DNA from: Lachnospiraceae bacterium
GTDB lineage: Bacteria; Bacillota; Clostridia; Lachnospirales; Lachnospiraceae
Assembly: GCA_017633935.1 (NCBI GenBank)
Contig: JAGBOJ010000008.1
Span: 1-63,199 of the forward strand
Reading direction: 5' to 3'
DNA: 63,199 nucleotides
Part shown: one piece after another, positions 58,810 through 63,199 of the stretch
How positions within the stretch are numbered: the stretch's first letter is position 1
How the letters are laid out: each line of letters starts with the position of its first letter
Made by a program: the position numbers and the translations under genes
The notes under the pieces: model-generated
Database searches by the model: none
What the model was told of the DNA's origin: nothing
The model's input: only the letters and a program-made list of their open reading frames with translations

Positions 58810-60732
58810 ATGAATTTTATGTTCGAAAATGAAAACGAGAACATCACCCCGGTAACGGAAGAAATGCCGGAGGCTGTACAGTACGATGAGGAAGAAGAGA
58901 ATTCCGGTGATACTGAATATCCGGAATATGATGAATATGAGACTGAGGAGCAGGTGATCCCGAAAAAAAAGAATTTTTTCCTGCGTCATAAGGTGCTTTC
59001 AATCCTGCTTATCATTCTGATCATCGGCGCTGTTCTGATCTTTGCGGTGATCATACCGAAAATAAAGGCAGCACAGGACGCATTGAATACCAAGACACAG
59101 AATTTTGAGGATATCGAAAAACGGAATATAGCAAACAGTATAGCGGTGACCGGTACTGTAAAGGCAAAGGAGAGCCGTACCGTTTCCACGCTAGTTGCAA
59201 ATACCAAGGTGGTATCCGTATCGGTCGAGGTGGGGGATCACGTCACGGCAGGTCAGGAGATATGTGTATTTGACAAGGATAATCTTCTTAACAAGATAGA
59301 AAATCTTGAAAAGCAGATGAACGTGACACAGGCAAAATCAGACGAGACCGTGATAAATGCACAGGTGGATGTAAATAAAGCAAATACCACACTGGCAAAT
59401 GATTATGTGGATAATTCGACAAATGTGGCAAGGATGCAGCAGGCATATGATGATGCCCTGAAGGATTATTATAATGCCTGTGACGGTTTTGAGGCTGCCA
59501 AAAAAGCCAGAGACGAGGCAAAGACCGCTTATGACGGAGTGCAGGGAGGCTATAACGAAGCAAAGAGCAGATATGATGCCCTTCCTGACGGCGTAAAGGC
59601 GGGGTCGGTGAGTGCCGATGCTACCCAGACGGCAATAATGAAGGATTATACATATTGGTCGCAGCAGAACAGCTCATTAAAAACCGCCTATGAGTCGGCA
59701 GCAAGCAAGGTCAGCCAGTTTGAGTCAAATATCGCAAGTGCAGAGACAAAGGTGAGAACGGCAAAGCAGAATCTGGATGACGCAAAGATAAAGACCGACA
59801 GATCACTTATCGCGGATGCTTCAAATGTGGCTACCTCAGAGCTTTCGCAGAGTACGAAAAATATTGAGGCTACAACGACAAATGACAATAACAGGGAAAC
59901 CATGGATTCATATCAGACACAGCTTGAAGGTTATGTGATAACCGCGCCCATCTCAGGTATAGTCACTTCTTTATCGGTTGCGGTGGGTGATGAATTTTCG
60001 GCAAATGCGAAAACGGAAGTATGTGTTATTCAGGATGATTCAGAGTGGATCATAGAAGGAACTGTGGACCAGTATGATATCAGCTCCGTGCAAAAGGGTA
60101 TGAAGGCAGTGGTTAAGACTGATTCCACCGGAGATGAAGAAATGAGCGGAGAGGTAACCTTTGTGTCACCGGTACCTGCCACATCGTCATCGGGCTCATC
60201 GACTTCATCAACACAGAGCTCATCCGGCTCGACCACAGCCAATTATCCGGTAAAGATCAGGCTGGATGAAAGGGATGACAGGCTGAGGATCGGAATGACA
60301 GCGGAGACATCCGTTATACTGGATCAGGCAGAGGATGTATATGCCGTACCGTATGATTGTATAAAAGAGAGGGAGGACGGTACCTTTTATATAACTGTTA
60401 CGGACGCAAAGGGAGAAAGCAAAGCCGCGGAGTCTGCAAACGGTTTTGGTGAAAAAACAGCCCCGGACGATAAAAAGAACATGAAGGGGAAGGAAAGGGC
60501 ATCCAAAGGAAATGATATGGCAGGAGAAGCTGTCACGAGGGACATTACGGTAAAGAAAGGACTTGAGACCGATTATTATACAGAGATCATATCAGATGAG
60601 TTAAAGGACGGTCTTAAGGTTCTTATTCCCGAGGATACAGAAGCCGCAAACGAGCTTGACTATCCCTTTATTATGATGGAGGATGAGGGACCCGGAGGAG
60701 GACCGGGAGGCGGCCCCGAAGGAGGATTTTAA
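58810..60732 (+). CDS. Membrane fusion / periplasmic adaptor protein (HlyD/MacA-like)
   Basis: Acidic N-terminus, one TM, lipoyl halves (VSVEVGDHV, ITAPISGIV), long coiled coil, LRIGMTA and VPYDCI. Confidence 0.88.
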   Translation: MNFMFENENENITPVTEEMPEAVQYDEEEENSGDTEYPEYDEYETEEQVIPKKKNFFLRHKVLSILLIILIIGAVLIFAVIIPKIKAAQDALNTKTQNFEDIEKRNIANSIAVTGTVKAKESRTVSTLVANTKVVSVSVEVGDHVTAGQEICVFDKDNLLNKIENLEKQMNVTQAKSDETVINAQVDVNKANTTLANDYVDNSTNVARMQQAYDDALKDYYNACDGFEAAKKARDEAKTAYDGVQGGYNEAKSRYDALPDGVKAGSVSADATQTAIMKDYTYWSQQNSSLKTAYESAASKVSQFESNIASAETKVRTAKQNLDDAKIKTDRSLIADASNVATSELSQSTKNIEATTTNDNNRETMDSYQTQLEGYVITAPISGIVTSLSVAVGDEFSANAKTEVCVIQDDSEWIIEGTVDQYDISSVQKGMKAVVKTDSTGDEEMSGEVTFVSPVPATSSSGSSTSSTQSSSGSTTANYPVKIRLDERDDRLRIGMTAETSVILDQAEDVYAVPYDCIKEREDGTFYITVTDAKGESKAAESANGFGEKTAPDDKKNMKGKERASKGNDMAGEAVTRDITVKKGLETDYYTEIISDELKDGLKVLIPEDTEAANELDYPFIMMEDEGPGGGPGGGPEGGF

Positions 60733-60733
60733 T

Positions 60734-61459
60734 ATGAGTCCGAAATCTCAGGGCAGGGTCATAATAGAAGCAAGAAATATAGTTAAAAGGTATTATATCG
60801 GTCAGCCAAATGAACTTGAAATCCTTCACGGTATAGACATACAGGTGAGAAAAGGTGAATTTGTGGCTGTTGTGGGTGCGTCCGGCTCCGGAAAATCGAC
60901 GCTTATGAATATCATAGGGGCTTTGGATAAGCCTACCGAAGGTGATTACCGGCTTGACGGAACGGATGTCGTTAAAGCGCATGACAGGGAGCTTTCGGAA
61001 ATCAGAAACAGAAAGATAGGGTTTGTGTTTCAGACCTATAATCTGATCTCGAGGACCACGGCGATCAAAAATGTCGAGCTTCCTATGCTGTATGCGGGTA
61101 TTCACAGGAGTGAAAGGATCAGAAGGGCGAAGGAGCTGCTTAAGATGGTCGGAATGGAGGACAGGATGAACCATCGTTCGGATGAGCTTTCCGGTGGACA
61201 GAAGCAAAGGATAGCCATAGCAAGGGCAGTGGCAAACAACCCGGCGATAATCCTTGCAGATGAGCCTACAGGCGCGCTCGATACAAAGACAGGAAGGCTT
61301 ATCATGGATATTTTTCACAAATTGAACAGGGAACAGGGAAAAACCATCATTCTTATAACACATTCACCGGAGCTTGCAGAAGAAACGCAGAGGATACTTA
61401 CCATAAGTGACGGTTTGATAATCGGTGAAAGGAGGGGCAGCGGATATGCTGCTGTTTGA
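60734..61459 (+). CDS. ABC transporter ATP-binding protein (MacB/LolD-like)
   Basis: GASGSGKST, LSGGQKQR and ADEPTGALD. Confidence 0.93.
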   Translation: MSPKSQGRVIIEARNIVKRYYIGQPNELEILHGIDIQVRKGEFVAVVGASGSGKSTLMNIIGALDKPTEGDYRLDGTDVVKAHDRELSEIRNRKIGFVFQTYNLISRTTAIKNVELPMLYAGIHRSERIRRAKELLKMVGMEDRMNHRSDELSGGQKQRIAIARAVANNPAIILADEPTGALDTKTGRLIMDIFHKLNREQGKTIILITHSPELAEETQRILTISDGLIIGERRGSGYAAV

Positions 61460-62735
61460 AAATATAATGCTTGCCTTCGGATCTCTGAGGGCGAATAAGA
61501 CAAGATCCGTGCTTACCATGCTGGGTATAATAATAGGTATAGCCTCTGTCATCACCATAATGACTATCGGAAATGCGATAACAATGTCCGTGAATGATTC
61601 CTTTTCAGGGCTGGGAGCTGCAAACATAGATGTAAGGGTGTCACAGAGAAGCAGCAGGAGAGAGACCTCTGAGTCGGGCTTTGTTTTTAACAGGGGTCCC
61701 GGCAGGAATAATATGAAAACAGAGGATTATATTACACAGGAAATGATAATTTCACTGCTTGAGGAGTTCGGTGACAGGATCATGGGAGTTTCGTTGACAT
61801 GCTCTGTGGGCAACGGAAAGGTAAAGCATCTTAGTGATTACGCTAATGTTTCGGTAACGGGATATAATAATTTCGGGTTGAAGCAGGCTGATCTGACCAT
61901 GCTTTCGGGCAGGAAATTTACAAGTGAGGATCAGGGCGATGCAAAAAAGGTCTGTATAGTATCAGACTATCTCGTCGGAAATATGTTTGAGGGAGATAAT
62001 GAAGAGGTTCTGGGACAACAGATAACCTGCCTGATAGACAATAAATTTTATCATTATACCGTGATCGGAGTTTATGAACAGAATAAAAATGAGCCCTATA
62101 ATGCAAATGAGCATTACGATACCTCAACAAATATGTACCTCCCGCTTCAGACAGCGGTAGATCAGACACATAGCAAAAACAGATACTCCGAGTTTACCGT
62201 AGTGGGCAGCGCAAGCAACGATGTTACGGCGCTTCTTGCGGATGTGAAAGCCTTTTTCAATGATAAGTACTACAGAAATAATGAGAATTATTATGTTACG
62301 ACATCGTCTCTTGCCTCCATCCTGAGCGAACTCGATTCCATGCTGAGCACGGTTTCACTTGCCATCTCGCTTATTGCCGGTATCTCACTGCTCGTCGGCG
62401 GTATAGGTGTTATGAATATCATGCTTGTGTCCGTTACGGAACGTACAAAGGAGATAGGAACGAGAAAGGCTCTCGGAGCCACAAACGGTTCCATCAGGAC
62501 CCAGTTCATAATGGAATCCATAACACTCTGTTTGATCGGCGGTATCATAGGGATAATACTGGGTATAGTAATAGGAAATATCATATCAAAGGCAATGGGA
62601 TATTCTGTCTCGGCTCCGGTGGCAGCAATCATAATAGCGCTGCTCTTCTCGATGACGATAGGAGTGTTCTTCGGATATTACCCTGCTAACAAGGCTGCAA
62701 AGATGAATCCGATAGATGCATTGAGATATGAATAA
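61446..62735 (+). CDS. ABC transporter permease (MacB/FtsX-like)
   Basis: RSVLTMLGIIIG, GGIGVMNIMLVSVTERTKEIG and PANKAAKMNPIDALRYE. Confidence 0.93.
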   Translation: MLLFENIMLAFGSLRANKTRSVLTMLGIIIGIASVITIMTIGNAITMSVNDSFSGLGAANIDVRVSQRSSRRETSESGFVFNRGPGRNNMKTEDYITQEMIISLLEEFGDRIMGVSLTCSVGNGKVKHLSDYANVSVTGYNNFGLKQADLTMLSGRKFTSEDQGDAKKVCIVSDYLVGNMFEGDNEEVLGQQITCLIDNKFYHYTVIGVYEQNKNEPYNANEHYDTSTNMYLPLQTAVDQTHSKNRYSEFTVVGSASNDVTALLADVKAFFNDKYYRNNENYYVTTSSLASILSELDSMLSTVSLAISLIAGISLLVGGIGVMNIMLVSVTERTKEIGTRKALGATNGSIRTQFIMESITLCLIGGIIGIILGIVIGNIISKAMGYSVSAPVAAIIIALLFSMTIGVFFGYYPANKAAKMNPIDALRYE

Positions 62736-62740
62736 AACAG

Positions 62741-62770
62741 TTGACAGTCATAAGTAACTGATAGTATAAT
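62741..62770 (+). promoter_or_regulatory. SigA promoter of the tRNA gene
   Basis: TTGACA, 18-bp spacer, TATAAT. Confidence 0.75.
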
Positions 62771-62799
62771 GTAAAAGCTGTCTTGAGTGACAGGGAAAT

Positions 62800-62873
62800 G
62801 GCGAGATAGCTCAGCTGGCTAGAGCACACGGTTCATACCCGTGGTGTCGAGGGTTCGAGTCCCCCTCTCGCTA
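62800..62873 (+). tRNA. tRNA-Met (CAT), elongator type; CCA not encoded
   Basis: Acceptor stem GGCGAGA/TCTCGCT, D arm GCTC/GAGC, anticodon arm CACGG-TTCATAC-CCGTG, T loop TTCGAGT. Confidence 0.93.
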
Positions 62874-62876
62874 TTG

Positions 62877-62910
62877 CAAAAATACCCGGATGAAAACCCG
62901 GGTATTTTTG
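62877..62910 (+). terminator. Intrinsic terminator after tRNA-Met
   Basis: CAAAAATACCCGG / CCGGGTATTTTTG 13-bp stem. Confidence 0.8.
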
Positions 62911-62949
62911 TAATAAAGAAAGAGAACCAGAATCAGACAGAAGACACTG

Positions 62950-63030
62950 CGTGGTGTCGAGGGGCGCTGGACAGCCGGTGGCTGTCCGTTTAGCGCCGAC
63001 CGGAGCGGAGCGGAGACCGAGTTCCCCTCT
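62950..63030 (+). repeat. Duplicated 3' half of tRNA-Met interrupted by a 54-bp structured insertion
   Basis: 62950-62963 is identical to tRNA 62840-62853 (14/14). 63018-63030 matches tRNA 62856-62868 (12/13). The insertion spans 62964-63017. Confidence 0.8.
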
Positions 63031-63199
63031 TAACCTGGGTGGAAAGCGGGTATCATACCCTATGAAAAAGCATGATAAGCCGGAGAAGAGTGGGTATGAT
63101 GTTCGGGGGAGATAAGCTCAAGAATGAGTATGATAAGTAAAGAGCCGGTGAATACCGGAAGACAAAAGGAATTTGACTGGGCAAAGTCTTTTACGATTA

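Noticed and set aside
60180-60730. Ser/Thr-rich and GPGGG repeats in the adaptor gene
   Set aside because: Low-complexity protein linkers common in Firmicutes membrane fusion proteins, not a DNA repeat system.
60671-61363. 230-aa minus-strand ORF
   Set aside because: Typical antisense shadow of an ABC ATPase gene.
62800-62873. tRNA as initiator fMet or Ile2 (CAT)
   Set aside because: It has a paired first acceptor position and lacks the three consecutive G-C anticodon-stem pairs of initiators; the sequence resembles Firmicutes elongator tRNA-Met. Ile2 is not fully excluded without tRNAscan-SE.
1-63199. CRISPR array, rRNA genes, defence systems
   Set aside because: No regularly spaced repeat-spacer array, rRNA sequence, or cas/restriction/toxin-antitoxin gene was recognised in the window.

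Overview
A 63-kb chromosomal window from a low-GC Gram-positive anaerobe, most likely Lachnospiraceae (inferred from gene content and order). It opens with two adjacent IS elements (the 3' end of an IS1634-like transposase and a complete IS1182-like element). Next come a beta-carbonic anhydrase, glgC-glgD-spoVG-pth-mfd and a minus-strand SGNH esterase-ispA-pncB unit. A roughly 26-kb surface-glycan locus follows (15.4-41.2 kb): rmlB/A/C, a GH25 muramidase, Wzm/Wzt, a methyltransferase-kinase fusion, eight GT2 proteins, a GT-C protein, a priming phosphoglycosyltransferase, an LCP ligase, pgm and glmS. The rest holds feoAB with a small Cys-rich ORF, ileS, glgP, an aconitase-family hydratase, carAB, queH, argS, a MacAB-like ABC system and tRNA-Met(CAT). 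The four most interesting observations are: (1) a two-TM protein with an extracellular CBM2-like carbohydrate-binding module fused to a cytoplasmic HD-GYP domain, directly upstream of the glycan locus (candidate polysaccharide-sensing c-di-GMP phosphodiesterase); (2) a ~95-bp three-hairpin repeat with compensatory substitutions, present as two inverted copies flanking glgCD-spoVG; (3) a duplicated 3' half of tRNA-Met whose T-loop carries a 54-bp hairpin insertion; (4) a WbdD-like chain-termination architecture in a Gram-positive glycan cluster. All family calls come from motif recognition by eye; no database searches were run.
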